From NCBI GenBank assembly GCA_030704615.1, contig CM060733.1, positions 28,024,001 through 28,088,000 of the forward strand: DNA of 64,000 nt, in the 5' to 3' direction. Shown here piece by piece: positions 12,079-25,360 of the stretch. The notes under the pieces were generated by a model, which worked only from the letters and a program-made list of their open reading frames with translations, was not told the origin of the DNA and ran no database searches. Origin of the DNA: Takakia lepidozioides (taxonomy: Eukaryota > Plantae > Bryophyta). The position numbers and the translations under genes were made by a program. How positions within the stretch are numbered: position 1 is the stretch's first letter; every line of letters starts with the position of its first letter.

Positions 12079-13420
12079 CCCCGTCTTCAGGGTGTCTCTC
12101 GCCCCCAATTATCCTCACTGAAGCCGTTCTCTTTCGTAGCACACGTGCATCTCGCTTCTCCAAGCACTTCCCGGCACCCCCCGTCTCTCTTTCTACAACT
12201 TTCTCTCTTCCTCCACTCCCCCTTCACGGTCACCGGTTTGTGGCAAATCCCTGTTCAGTTAAAGACCGCAAAACCACTTTCTGACCTCAATCGTCAAGCC
12301 TTCCTCGGAATGGAAGAATCGAAAGCTTCAATCGTTACAGCATCCCTGCCCTTAGACCTGCAACTGACGTCCGACGAACTTACTCCGAGGTCCAAGAGAA
12401 GAGAGGTATCAGCCCTAATTCCTTCTCAACAACATCTGCACACTAAGCGATTTCTAGCGCATGTGTGTACCACCACACACACACTTTGCTCTCCACCCCG
12501 CGCCCTGCTCTCCCTCCCTCTACCTCTACCTCTCCCTCTCCCAGCTCCCCTAATTTTGTTACGGTTGAAAGTCTCTCCCCCAGCACCCTTCTCTTCTTCT
12601 CTCTCTTTATTCTCCCACCCCTCCCAAAACGATCCCCTCTCACAGCCCCTTCATTCCAAGCAACAAAGATCTCCCTCCCTCCCACCCACCCAAATTCCCT
12701 CTCCACACATAAACAACAAAACGCTGTCTGTTTCTACCAATGACCCCACGCCCATAAAGCTCAAGCTGCTCAGACCAGCAGAGCTCTGGAGCACTGGTAT
12801 ACCCACAAGACAATACAAGCGCCCACAGGACCCACCTTGCAGCGGATCCGGAGCCGGTGCCCTCCCTCTGCCTGGCCCCGCGTGGCAGGTTTCCCTCCTC
12901 TCTCTTTATTTCAAGAGCAGCCTTCCCCCCCTCCCACCGTCTGTCTTTAAACACCAGAGAAAAGTGCCATCACATGAGCATCTCTTCCCATCACTCAATC
13001 CACTTTTCTTGTTGTTTCTCCATCACTCCCACATCATGTCACTCCAAGCCATCTATGCCATGACTTGGGTTTTGCTTTAACTCAGACAAGCATGAGTGCC
13101 TGCCCACCTGACTCTCCTCTCCCTGTATACATTCTGACTTGCAATCAAACAATGTGTGCCATCATAAATTGTGCCAGGCTGACACCAGGTGTGTGTGTGC
13201 ATAGAGAGTTGCAAAAGGAAAGCTTTGCAGCCACGAGTAAAGCATTCATTTGTCTTAAGGCTGTTCACTGACCCACGGTCCACCATCACTTTGTACAGAT
13301 GCATACTGGCATGATCTTAACCTTTATTATTACATTGTTTATTTACTTTCATTGCTGCATCATCTTCAAATCCATCTTGTGCTGATGTTGAGCTGCAATC
13401 ATCCAATTTTATCATCATCC

Positions 13421-14182
13421 GAGAGGCCGAAAAGAAGTTTCATGCTATCATTTCGCCATCTTATTTGCATTCTTATAGTCCATCATCCAAGATGCACTCT
13501 CCGCCGCCAATGTTATGTACTGTGAGGCCAAAAAGAAAGTTTTTCACTATCATTTTGTTATCGTCCATCATCCAAGAAGCCTTCTCCGTCGCCAATGTTA
13601 TATACTGTGAGGCCAAAAAGAAAGATTTTTGCTACCATTTCGCTATCTTATTTGCATCCATTGTCCATCATCCAAGAAGCACTCTCCGCAGCAAATGGTT
13701 GTGTGAGGCCCAAAAGAAAGTTTTTCACTATCATTTCGCTATTTTATTTGCATCCATTGTCCATCATCCAAGAAGCACTCTCCGCCGCCAATGCTATAAG
13801 TGTGAGTCCGAATATAAAGTTTTTTGCTATCATTTCGCTATCTTATTTGCATCCATTGTCCATCATCCAAGAAGCACTCCCCGCTGCCAATGCTATATAG
13901 TGTGAGGCCGAATATAAAGTTTTTTGCTGTCATTTCGCTATCTTCCATCATCCAAGAAGCACACTCCGCCGCCAATGCTATATAGTGTGAGGCCCAAAAG
14001 AAAGTTTTCACTATCATTTCGCTATCTTATTTGCATCCATTGTCCATCCTCCAAGAACCACCCTCCGCCGCCAATGTTATTTAGTGCGGGGCCAAAAAGA
14101 AAGTTTTTCACTATCATTTCGCCATTTTCTTTGCATCCATTGTCCATCATTCAAGAAGCACTCTCCGCCCGCCAATGTATAC
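13421..14182. repeat. Tandem repeat, 8 copies of a ~100-bp unit
   Basis: Units start at about 13421, 13521, 13606, 13702, 13801, 13901, 13986 and 14085. Consensus TGTGAGGCCNAAAAGAAAGTTTTTCACTATCATTTCGCTATCTTATTTGCATCCATTGTCCATCATCCAAGAAGCACTCTCCGCCGCCAATGYTATATAS. Units 2 and 6 carry a similar ~15-bp internal deletion. Confidence 0.95.
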
Positions 14183-14229
14183 TTGTGTCAAAATCCAAAA
14201 GCATTGAGATCACATATTGACAACAAGTT

Positions 14230-15114
14230 AGTACATATACGAGACCACAGACCGTCACCACTGAGATTATCTCATGCCGCCCAAAAATGTTATGTAGGCA
14301 CATGATGGGCACCCAATAACGTGTACGGCACTCAACACAATTCTAAAAATCCTTTCCTTCCAAGCCTAAAACCGAGGCGTCAACTCCAAGCACTTAGGAT
14401 AAAATGTATGTGCATTAGAAGGGAGGCAAGGGTGGGTGGGGCCCTTTTTGTTGGTGGCGTCCATGGAAGCTGATGCAACATTGCAACAAGAGTGGCAAGT
14501 TCTGAAGGAGCCCCATAGGCTGCCAAACAAAAACAGCAAAACCACTTCCCACCTGCAGGCCTTTGCACACACCTCCACACGCAAAGTACCAAGACTTGTC
14601 TTATTGTGTACATCGATCTTCCTCTCCTTCTCTTTCCCCCACGTTCTTCAGTTTTGTCCTCTTCTCCAAGGTCTTCCAAACGGAAGGTAGCCTTTGGGGT
14701 GAAGACACAATTTCCGCTTGCTTTGACAGGAGTCCACATTTATCTTTATGTCTCCTCTCTAATGTGAACATTAGCAATGCAAGAAAGCAAAAAGCAAGAA
14801 TCTTTGCTGCCACATTCATTACGCATGTTATTATTTCTCCTCCTTCCCTTGTTGGGCGCAGTGATTTTTTTTGGAAATTTGGGAGTAGCTACTGAGTGTT
14901 GCAAGAAATTGCCGTATATTCTGTTCGTCCATTGAAATTTGGATAGAAGCATCCTCCTCTGTACTTTCATCCAATTATATCATATATATTTGGTAAATTC
15001 ATCCATAACTTATTTGGCAATTTCATCCATGAGAAAACAAGGTATTTTTGCTGTGGAAACTTGGTGATGACTTGTTCCGATCGCTGTAATTAGCCTAAGG
15101 GGCGTGAAAGTACT
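14230..15114. mobile_element. Candidate 885-bp non-autonomous insertion with short TIRs and 5-bp TSD
   Basis: AAGTT (14225-14229) | AGTACATATACG ... CGTGAAAGTACT | AAGTT (15115-15119). The TIRs are imperfect beyond the first 5 bp. Confidence 0.3.
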
Positions 15115-16333
15115 AAGTTGTGATTATCATCAGCAATCACTCCTCTCTTCTTAAATACAGAAAAACAAGAAAAAGGACTTCATTTTTGGGACATGGTGCT
15201 ATATGTAGCAGCTATCTATACAGAGTTGAGGATGTTCCTCAAAATCAGGTCATTTTACTGTGGATGTGACTGTAGCTCCTTCCTTTTATAGGGCGGCAAG
15301 TCTACAAAAACTGGTGCACAATAGACATGACACTATTTGAGGGTGTTGTCGTATATACATGAAGGAGAAAGGTCTCAGAACATTTTTGGGTTGTTCAATG
15401 GCTTGATGTACCCATCCCTGACGAAGCCCTAAGCAAAAGCTCTGAAAGAGAAATAAAAAGTTATGATCAAAGTTCACTTGTACACAAGTACATTCAAACC
15501 TACCATGCCAAAGGCTGGAAACCATGCCCTACCTTAAGTTCAAAGGTCGTTTCATTCTATGCTCGCCATCTCCAAAAGACCCAAAAAATTCATGGATGCC
15601 CTAAGTACATATCTACAACCATCCTGAATCATCCCTGGACTAAATCCAAACCAGGAAAACAGAGTCCTTTGCAGAATTTATAGCGTGTGAATCATGTTTT
15701 TGGAAACAAAGATTTCGTACACCATTGCGAAATGCTGAGGCAGAACCAGCACAAGCAAATGTTTCTATCAAATGTACAAACGACCAAAGAGGAGCCGTAC
15801 CCTAGTAGATCTATGTCCACTATACCATTGGCAATGAGCTGAGCTAAGGGCCGAACTTAGATTGGTGGGTTACATGAGACAAACTGTGGCCTCGAGAACT
15901 GTAAAAAGAACACAAGTGTCTTTCCTTGCAATATTATCAAGTTTGGTGTCTAACCCACAGTTGTGAAGCATAGTTGTGTGGTATCATTGTTGAGGAAGGA
16001 AGGAATGAGAAAGAGAAAGAATTTAACTTTGTGTGAGATAGAGAGAGAGGGAGAGAGAGAGAGGTTGTCTCTCAATGTGGCTGTAGCCAAGACCCATAGC
16101 CAGAATGATTGTAATTTCCTACAGTATATGATAGCTTGCTACTTAACCTTCCCAGAAGTGATGATGGAGCGACTCTGACCCATGTAGCACATGCTTGATA
16201 GAAGAGTATGTCTCCAAAAACATCTTGCAAACACTGTCAAGGGGTGTGACTGAAAATTGGTTGCTTTGTTTTCCGAAGAATTCTTGTAAGCTACTAATGT
16301 GGATATTGTACATGTATGGGTGGCTCTAAGAGT

Positions 16334-19300
16334 TTAGAACGCAAATAGCTGTCTCCTAGTTGCCTCAACAGGCAATGCGGAAGACTTGCATGAACTAAAC
16401 ATTGTCAGATCCCTTACAGTTTCCTCTATCAGCTCCTTGAAAAGCATCCGCTCTACCTCTAAACCCACCTCTCCCAGCTCAATTCTCAAGTCCGACCATT
16501 GCTGTTCCCTATCGGATAAGTCCTTCTGGAGCACACTGTAAAGAGTGTCACAGACGTCATCCGATGGAGTGCATGGGACCTCTTGCAATTCATCCCATAC
16601 CTCCTGCACTAGCTGCTGCCCAGCAACTTTCTTCCGTAAAATAGGAGGAGCGAGCCCAACCCATGGCTGGGGATGCAAATAGGAATAGAGCTTCCTTGCC
16701 AAAATCTCATTCACATTGTCAAACAATAAGCGACGATCGAGTGCCTCCTTATGTTTCTCTTCTTCACTTTTTCGCTTATCGGACAAGGCATGCCCATTCT
16801 TCTTTCTGTCGGCTGCTTGCAACCGCCTTCGTCGCTCCTCTAACCGACTGAAGAAGATGGGATCAATAATGTACCCAGAGGCAGGCCACATGCAGTGGGG
16901 AGAGCTGGCTTCCTCTGTAAGTCCTGATATGACCAAAAGGTCTCTCACATACGCCCTCTCCTCATCTTTCTTCTTCAGAGAACTACTGACGGTGGTCCTC
17001 GCGGAGTCTGCTTCGATGTCACTGTCATGTGGGACTTGTATTTCCACTTTGCGCTTGTAGCGAGGCACCTCTTGGTTGTCATCCAGGTTGCTGCGGTTCC
17101 CAATCTGATCTGACAAGCCTCCAAGAGCAGCTGTTTCTTGTCTAACTTTCAAGCAGGGTGTTGCCGGGGAATCCACGAGTGATGGATAAATAGGACCGGC
17201 AGATCTCCAACACCTCTCATTTTCCAATGCAGTTTCCAGTGCATGGAAAGCATCTGAAAAGCACAACTTTGTCAGTACATTACTTTCTTGCAAGAAACAT
17301 TTTCCTTCAGAATTAGTCAGTTGTGCATTTTCTCAAAGTTATGTTAAGTTTTCAGGGGCCCAAGGTCCCAAGCTGGGTGGAGGCCCACTTCTAATCAAAC
17401 TGGTTATGGGTAAGCGCAAGAGCTTGACATGAAGTGAGAGTCTCTTCAGATAATTCCAGGAATGTGATGGCAGAGGGGAAATCGATAGGGCATCAACGCA
17501 GCTGGTTGATCCGTGGTACTCTTTCGCTTCCCTTAAGGACTCCAAGGAATATAATTAAGGACTTGGGTTTTGCAACTCTTAAACCGTCATTGTAGAGGTG
17601 TCCATATGTAGGAAAGTGTATCAGACTGTAATAGTGGCTTATTGCTGGTGAGCTTGAAGTGCAATTTTGTTTAGACAATTAGTACAAGGAAGTCCCCACC
17701 TCATATTCAAGTACTGAGCTTATGAAAATTAGTTCATTCTGACGACCAATGAAACAACACAAATTCTTTAACTCAAAGTTTTCCTATATGACGATGCTAA
17801 CCTTGAAGGTCGATGGAACTGGTCTTTCCAGCTCTGGGACTTGGAGTGCATTCCTCCTCCTGGAAAGCAGTATTGTCCAACACAGATACAGGGCTTGGTT
17901 GTTCAGCCCCTTCAGCCAGTAGCCCACTATCACTGAACTCAAATTTCTTCACTGAAACACCTCGTGGAGTTAGGACTCCTGAAAGTTCTCTATCATCGAA
18001 GACTTTTGGAGGTGTACTCTCAAAAGGTTCTTCCGCAATCACCTACAATTTGCCACCAAAATCCTTCCAAGGTTAGAAGTTTAGGCAGAAATCAGTGCAA
18101 AAAGGCGAGAAGTCAAGATGTATTGCATAGACCATATTGTAGAGAAGATCAGTGTCAAATTGACCCCAGCTCAGCGTGAAAGAATTGCACCGTCATCAGG
18201 TCACAGAAGGGACAAATAACCTTTTGATATTGAGAAAACTCACCTCTGCTAGTTGAACTTCGATGCTTGGATCAACCAACGGACTGCTTCTTAGAAGACC
18301 CAGAGAACCTCTGGTCAAATCATTTGCAGGGTTCCCATCTCTGCGGTGGGCGACATCCTCGTCCCCAGTGACTTGCACGTCATGACTTTTTACTTCTACC
18401 ATCTCGGCCATCTGCTGCCCCTTCTGCTCTTCAAGCATCTCCAGACTTTCAGATGGTCCAACAGGTGGGGAGATCACCGGGCATCCTGGTGCCTCAACTG
18501 TCTTCATTGAGTCTGCAGTTTTGATATTATCAGGCTGCTCATGGGAACCTGAAGCAGGTTTAGGTGACATAACTCCAATCTCAGATGGGACTTCTTTGGA
18601 TATAGTACCAACAACTCCTTTGTCCATGCATGTAGCATTTGACACTCTCCCTTTTCTGGCTGCCTCACTGGCCTTGCCAGTTGACTGCTTGGCTCTAAGA
18701 GGACCAACCTCCACAGGTACCCTCCCACCTTGTGCCTTGCTGGATGGCTCTGCAGTAGTGAGCCTATCGGCAATGCTGGAGATGCCTTTTCCATCAGAGC
18801 TGCTACGGCGCAGTCTGGGTGTTTCGGGGTCAACACTAGCCCTCCCCTTGAGAAAGTCTTTGGTTGATTGGGAACGCAATGTCACTTTACTCTCATCTCG
18901 GTCCTTCACGGTGGGAAGCCTCCCTCGTGCAGCTGCACTCTCAGCCATTCGTGTACTCCCACTGCCAAATGTGCTCCTGCCAGGAGATCCCAGCTTCGGA
19001 GAGCTGGGTTCCCTGGATGAAGATAAGTGAGGTCTCCCTTGTGGGAGAGAATAAGACCGGAGACCCTTCGGGCTTGACTCTCTCCCAGCCGGTGACATCT
19101 CATTAGTGCCTTTCTCTCTCCGTGCTGCAATGTGGTCCCTTCTTGGCAATCTTGAACTGGCTACACCCTCCATCTCCACACTGTTCACAACACTGGATTC
19201 CTGAAGAGACCCCGCAGTTGGCTGTGTTTGGGCCCTTAGTGGCTTTCTCCTGATAACTGCCCCAGAATTTGCACTCTTAGCATCCCCCCTGCAAATAGAA

Positions 19301-22300
19301 TTGCATCACATAATAGTTAATAACTCCAGCAATAAAACATAGCCACAAAACTTAAATCAATGCTGATTGAATATATTTTCCACTATCTCTTGTGAGTCCT
19401 AGCTGTGGATTTTACACAAGCATATTAACCCTCTCTTCTCATGCCAATGTAGAGAAATTAAAAATTCATCAACCCAGTGTGGTTTCCGCCTTCACAAAGC
19501 AAGGATAAACGGTTGTACCAGGCTTGCCACCTGAGCACATCTCTTGAATTGTTCTTTGGTTTCTGTGGTCCTAGTGTTTCCTTTTAGTGCTTCTGCTGTG
19601 TTTGTTCTACTTGTTTCCCTTTGGCCCTTTTGAACTTCCCATGGACATCATAAAGTTCCTTTCCTTTCCTTTCTTTTCAATGTCTACTCTACTGCAAAAT
19701 CTGCGGAAGCTACTACTGCCGCTTCAGAGACAGCCACTCCCTGGCAGAGATTCTTCATTATGAGACCCAGAGATGCCTGGCAGCATAACTTCATGAGACT
19801 CTCAACTTGGAGAATCTCTCGATAGTAAAGACTAGGTTTTGGGCTTCTTCAAGGGTCCCACTTTTTCCTTGTTTCTTACTTTCTTTTGTCACATAGGCTC
19901 TTTGAGCTTTCTGCAGACGCTCTAAAGTTTCTCTCTTTCTTCTTTCCTCTTTGTCAATTTCATGTCCATTCTCTTCCAGTTCCCTTCAAACCACAGAGGA
20001 TTTGAGTCTACGACAGCATGATTGAATTGCCGAGTCCCTTGACAATATTGAATTAATTTTAACAGAAGCAAGAGGCAGACATTTACCCATCACTGCTGCC
20101 ATTCAGGTTCTCTCTAGCTGTGCCTGTTACTCCCGACCTTTCTGAACTGCTGGATCTGCTCGACAACTTTTCCAGATCCTTAGCTTGAATTGAGGGTTGG
20201 GGGTGTGAACTCCACTGCGTAGTAGCAGGTTTGGTGTTGATGGGTTTCAGCAGTGAGGGCTCTCCATCTTTGCCACATTCTGAATCAGTAACAATCTGTG
20301 CACGGTTTTCCAACAGATTTGACTTACTACTGTCATATGCCTGGTGCAGCTCGTCTGACATCTTTCTGGTGTCCAAACCAGCCCTGGAGTTCAACCTATC
20401 CTCGTACTCCAGCTCCATTTGATTCTGCTCAGCAACAGTAGCCGTGGACTTTGGAAGTGGCAGGGGATGTTTTTCCTCTTGCAATTGTGGATTTGATCCT
20501 TCCACTACAAGTTTCAATGCATGGAAATTGGGCTTTGGGTCTTGAGACTGCTTGCGGCGAGACGGATGTAGTAGGCCCTTGAGCTGCATTGCATCCAGTA
20601 TTTGCTTCAGTGTTTTCCGTTCCTGAACTGATTTCCGAAGCCGCAGCTGGCGTAACCTTTGGTCCATGTCTCCATACAATGGTATTTGATTCGGGGGTGG
20701 CTGCATCCCCTCGTCTGAACTTTTGAGCACAGTCAATACTGTTTCGGAGTAGTGCTTTGGTGACTGCAACAGTCTCTGTTGTAAAGCCTCCCGAGCTTCT
20801 TGCTGTTTGAATAGAGGGGGCATTGCTTCCAGGAGATGGTGCTTGGGGGATAGAGATGGCTTTGGCTGTGAATGGTGTCCCCCGCCGTCTACGTGGTGCC
20901 GCCAGGTGGCATGTTCATGTTGGTACTGAGGAGGCATCGCGTCCCTGTAATTTTTTAGCTGGTGCTTTGACTGAGGGCCTAAACCTTGCAGCCTGGAACC
21001 AGGTGAAGAAGACCTCAAGTCTGGCTTGGCGTGTTGATCAATTTCAACTGGAGCTTGCTTGAGGTGGTGGAATGCCTCACTCACTTGTTGCATGTGGTTA
21101 TAGTCGTCTGACTGCTTTGGGGGAGGGGGTGGTGGGGACTGCCCAGGTGGAGTATACTGTAACAGGCCTTGGAGCAACTTGGCCTCTCTTGAAGGTTGTC
21201 TTGTAAGTGCAATCTTCGGCGGCAGGGGAGATGGATCGGGACTTGGCAGTTCTTCTAGACCCATTAAGCGCGCTACCACGTTTGGTACGCGGCGCCTGGC
21301 TTCTGCTTGACCATCTCTCTCAACAGGATTGTCTCTTCTGGCATGAGGAAGAGAATCTTGGATGCCTTCTTTCACAACATGACCCCACATTAAATCTCTG
21401 CTGTCAAGGGATGGCCTAGGTAGAATCACAGAAGGATGGGCAACATCTCTGCCATCGACAGAAAGCCTGGGTGCATTGGATGCATGAGGAGGGTCTTTGG
21501 TACCATCTACAGAAGACCGTGGTCCATCTCTGCCTTTCTGGGACACCCCAAGCGAGGCCTTTAACTCAACGGTGCAGAGTGATTCCCTGAAATCAAAGGT
21601 TTGCAATACATCAGTTTCCTGGGCTGAATACCGTGTATTGTCCTTGAGACTAAGTGACCTGAATGTGTCTCTGCCACCTTGTTGCTCATCCTTGTGCACC
21701 GATAACTTGGGACCCTCCCTCAATTCCACTGTTAACCTGGGCACTTCTCTTCCACCAATGGAGCCCGGTAGACTTGGAAGATTTCTTTCAGTTGAAATTC
21801 GTGGCAGCTCCCTGCCATGTACAGCCAACTGAGCATTGCCTTTCTCCCTAAGCATCCAACGAGGTGACCCAGCCGTTGATCGCGTTCCTTCTCTCCCATC
21901 TGTGAACAGCCGTGATCCAACTCTGCCATCAACTGAACACGACCGTGGCAAGTCCACATGAGAAAACTGAATCCCATCCCTCTGAGTGATCAACATCCGT
22001 GATCCATCTCTTCCATCAACAGAACAAGACCGTGGCAAGTTTTTGAGAGTCCCAAGGCCCCCAGACACCTCCTTCACTTCGACAGGCGTCCTTGGTACCT
22101 GCTTGCTGGTTTTGTCTGCAGAAACTCTCGGTTTCTCCCTCTGGAATGAGGCTCGCACAATATCTCTAATGTCTGAAGATGGCAGCTTTACCAGATCTTT
22201 GGCAGGCCCTCTTCCCTCAAAAGAGGCACTGGGCATGACCGAAGAGGGCTTGGGGACTTCCCTGTCCTTGTTATAAAAGTGCTGAGGGGGTTCCTTGATG

Positions 22301-23706
22301 GCTGCTGTCTTCTCAAAAGATTCCGGGGCCAGTTCTTCAAAGCAGAAATACAGGTTGTGAGTGTCTTTAGAGTCCATGGAACCTTGGTCCCACTGTACTT
22401 TACTGTCCACCATCGAATGGATCTCCGCAGGATCTTCCAAAGACTTGGCCAAAATTTCACTGTTGTCAATAGATGCCCTCTGTACTCTGGTGGAATCCGT
22501 AGCTGTCTTGGGGTGGTCAACATTGTCCAAAGAACCTCTCCGCACAGCTTCACCTTGGAACTGCAGCCATCACAACATGAGCATCAATTAAGAACTTCCA
22601 TTACCTGAGACAAGGACGAAGTGCTCATGATGGCCAGCACTAGTACAGCTGCCTGTGGGCTTCAAACTCTAAGAAGAAAAGGAGAAACTGTGATGGCAAG
22701 CTCCATTGAGCATCCAGTTTCAGTTAGCTAAGTTCCTCCATTGGAGCAAGTATTTGGCCCTTTCTTGATCCGAAACCTGCAAATCTGGGAACTACTGCTC
22801 CCATCAGAGCAAAGTGCCAATCTTGAACAAGAGCAGGAAGGAAGTGCAGTGAGAGATCTCTCTCTTCTTCTCTGGCTCCCTGCTGCAGCCTAACTGCTAA
22901 GAAACTTGATGCCACGAGGCTACTGCAAGTGGTGTGGAAGACACAAATGGCATCTTAAGATGCAGTCCATAGATATAGACACCTGTAGTCTGTACTGGTG
23001 CCAACATAATACCTACTCACAAAGTTAATGATGAAGAGAAAGAGAGTAACAAAGGACGAACCATATAGTAGGCTGGAATGCTGCTGCGATCATGGCGTGG
23101 GCTTTCACAGGCTGATGCCGGCAGTGTCTGCCCTGCTCATCAAAAGACACAGAGCACATGAAAAGTCAGCTCTGGTGCATTTCAACAAACAAGCATTTCT
23201 TTTCCTGGAAATGTGCATGGATAGATATTTGTGAGGGAATTCAAGACTGAAACTTCACAATCTCTAAGCTGAGAGACCTTACAGAGCAACAAACAGGACA
23301 CCAGACAACCACAACAGAAAGAAAGGAATGAGATAAAATGAAATAGTACTTTAACGTCCATGGAAAGAAGAAAGAAACTTTACAATGTCCACAGAGGGCC
23401 ATGATGAGGACCTATTGGAGAACAAACCAAGAACTACTTTCATGAAATGAAATGAAAGAAAGTTTAATATCCACGAGAAGTTGAAAGAGATTAGCAGAGA
23501 AAAATATTTCAACCATGGGAGGCCCTCTATACAGTGCGGAGAGAGGTACCATTTGCAGTGCTGACATGCTTGGAGCCATAACGGCGGCCAGTGAAGGCCT
23601 GATGGCGATCAAATATCTGGAAGATTCCTGTCATACATCCTATCTCCTTGTCAAGTGAATGGGGCTCCTCAGACAACGCTTTAAACAGGTTTGCTGAGGC
23701 TGGCAT
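16334..23706 (-). CDS. LONGIFOLIA / TON1-recruiting-motif (TRM) family protein, about 1635 aa
   Basis: Exons 23706-23550, 23132-23062, 22560-20087, 19288-18244, 18042-17802 and 17253-16334; GT-AG, phases consistent, 4908 nt. Motifs: LDKEIGCMTGIFQIFDRH (LNG N-terminus), PRPSLDSR, PNVVARLMGLEELP (DUF3741/VARLMGL), TLKQILDAMQLKGLL, EQPSPVSVLD, and a DUF4378 C-terminus (YVRDLLVISGL, RRLLFDNVNEIL, EVGLEVERMLFKELIEE). Confidence 0.92.
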
Positions 23707-25360
23707 GGTGGCAACCCTCAACCCCCTCAGTTGCGGCTGGGCTTGTCAAGGTAACAAAGCTTTTTTATTCTCTCAGCTGGAGATCAAATTCTACGAACAC
23801 ACCGCTGCACCCCCAAGTTTTGGACATCTGAGTGGAGCTGAAAGGAAGATTGTACAGCTCTCCTGTGCATCAGTTTCAAAAATCAATTGAAGACCAAGTC
23901 AGTAGCTAGCAAAGGACCTAAACGAGTCAACATACTTTCATACTCATATGACAAGCAAGAAAAGAACATTGCTGCCACATGATGCTCTTTTGAGCTTATG
24001 GGCTGGATGCGAAACAAACAAAGCCACAACCAAAAAGTAGAAAGGAAGAGGGAAGAAAGGAATCTAATGGCAAAGTAAAGAAGACGAAAAGAACCAAGTT
24101 TGTAACGAACACTGGAAATTCAGGAGCTTATGGGACTAGGGAAAATAGAAACGTGGCAGCCACCAACAAGCAGCAAACATAAAACTATTGAGAGATGTTG
24201 AAGAAACAAACAAACAAACCTTATAGCATTCATGGGAAGCTTGGAGAGATAATGGAACAAGTAAAAACGATGAACACTTTGTGCCCCCAACAACCACAAC
24301 CATAGTTTACCATGGCCAGAGAGAGAGAGCATGGAACGGACTGGAATGGTACACTATACCGTCCGCGGAAAGCTCAAAGAGCTTATGGGACAAAAGGGAA
24401 AAACAGGAAAGGAGAGAGAAATCAAATCAAATCAAATGGTACTTTATAACATCCGTCTTGGAGAAGAAAGGAAAGGAAAGAAACTTTTACAACTTTAGTT
24501 GAGCTCAAAGAACTTACGGGACAAATGAAATGAACAGGTACTTTATTGCATCTGCAGAAAGGCCAGAGGACCCGAGGGACACAGCAGTGGGAAACAGTTT
24601 GGAGAGACCCATGGAACTACAGAGAAGAAGAATTTATAGCATTAAGGGGAGGCCCACAGAGCCCATGGAGAACAGAACTGTGGAAACCAAAGAACTAACC
24701 TTCACAGTGACGGGAAAGAGAAAGAATGTAAGAAACAAAGAAAGCAAGAAACTTTATGACTGTCTGTGAAAAGCTTACAGAAATGAAATTGGTATTTTAA
24801 AAGCTTAAAGAGACAAATTAAAATAAGATGAAAGAAAAACTTAGACACCAATAGGGAGCCCCAACAACTACAATTCAACCTCAAGGTTTCGAGAAAGCAT
24901 CCACAGGGAGCCCAAGAGGGCCCATGGGACAAGGTACAACAAAGAAAGTAGGAAAATGAAATGAAATGAAATGATACTTCATAATATCTGCAGAAAGCTC
25001 AAAGAGCTCTAAAACATGAAACAAGAAAGAGAGTGCGGCCCTCAACAACCAGCCCAAAAACAACTCTTGATCAAGGGATTGATCTAAGAGCCAACGTCTT
25101 GTATAGGTACGCTGCCCATTCTGAAAGAAAGGGAGAAACCTTATATAACAGAGATCACAGAGCTTATGGAGCACTGAAAGGATAGCATGAATAGAACACT
25201 TGGGCCTCAAAAACCAGCCCCATCACAACAAGAAACTACTGTTCAATTTGGAGAGCAATATGTGGATATGCTGCAAGGTATCTCTAAGAAAGACATGAAA
25301 TGAAATGAAATGGAACTTTATAACATCAGCGGAAAGCTCAAACAGCTTGTGGACAAGAGA
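23325..25360 (-). repeat. Cluster of short dispersed repeats resembling 3' ends of a LINE/SINE family (stem-loop plus (CATTT)n tail)
   Basis: Minus-strand copies near 23330, 23440, 24345, 24425, 24530, 24955, 25135 and 25296. Consensus GTCCCATAAGCTCTTTGAGCTTTCCGCGGAYGTTATAAAGTACCATTTCATTTC. Plus-strand copies near 19620, 19885, 26872 and 46185. Confidence 0.7.

Noticed and set aside
11983-13080. 365-aa ORF on the + strand
   Set aside because: Low-complexity Pro/Ser/Leu translation of CT-rich promoter DNA, antisense to LSM1 exon 1, non-ATG start and no domain.
13421-14182. CRISPR-like array
   Set aside because: Units repeat along their whole length with no unique spacers; eukaryotic context and no cas genes.
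13465-14305. Repetitive ORFs of 73-146 aa
   Set aside because: By-products of the 100-bp tandem array; the frame is not maintained between units.
19790-19985. Possible extra TRM exon (ELEENGHEIDKEERR...)
   Set aside because: It overlaps a copy of the dispersed retro-stub repeat and ends in a stop; exon 3 joins exon 4 in frame without it.
16663-22608. Numerous + strand ORFs overlapping the TRM exons
   Set aside because: Antisense shadows of the long minus-strand coding exons.
22605-22668. Small candidate TRM exon ending TCTCAG|GTAATG
   Set aside because: The following intron would be only 44-51 nt; exon 2 joins exon 3 in frame directly.
22866-22890. miR160-like complementary site (GCAGGGAGCCAG) in a TRM intron
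   Set aside because: Mismatches opposite miRNA positions 2-3 plus a gap, and intronic; likely chance.
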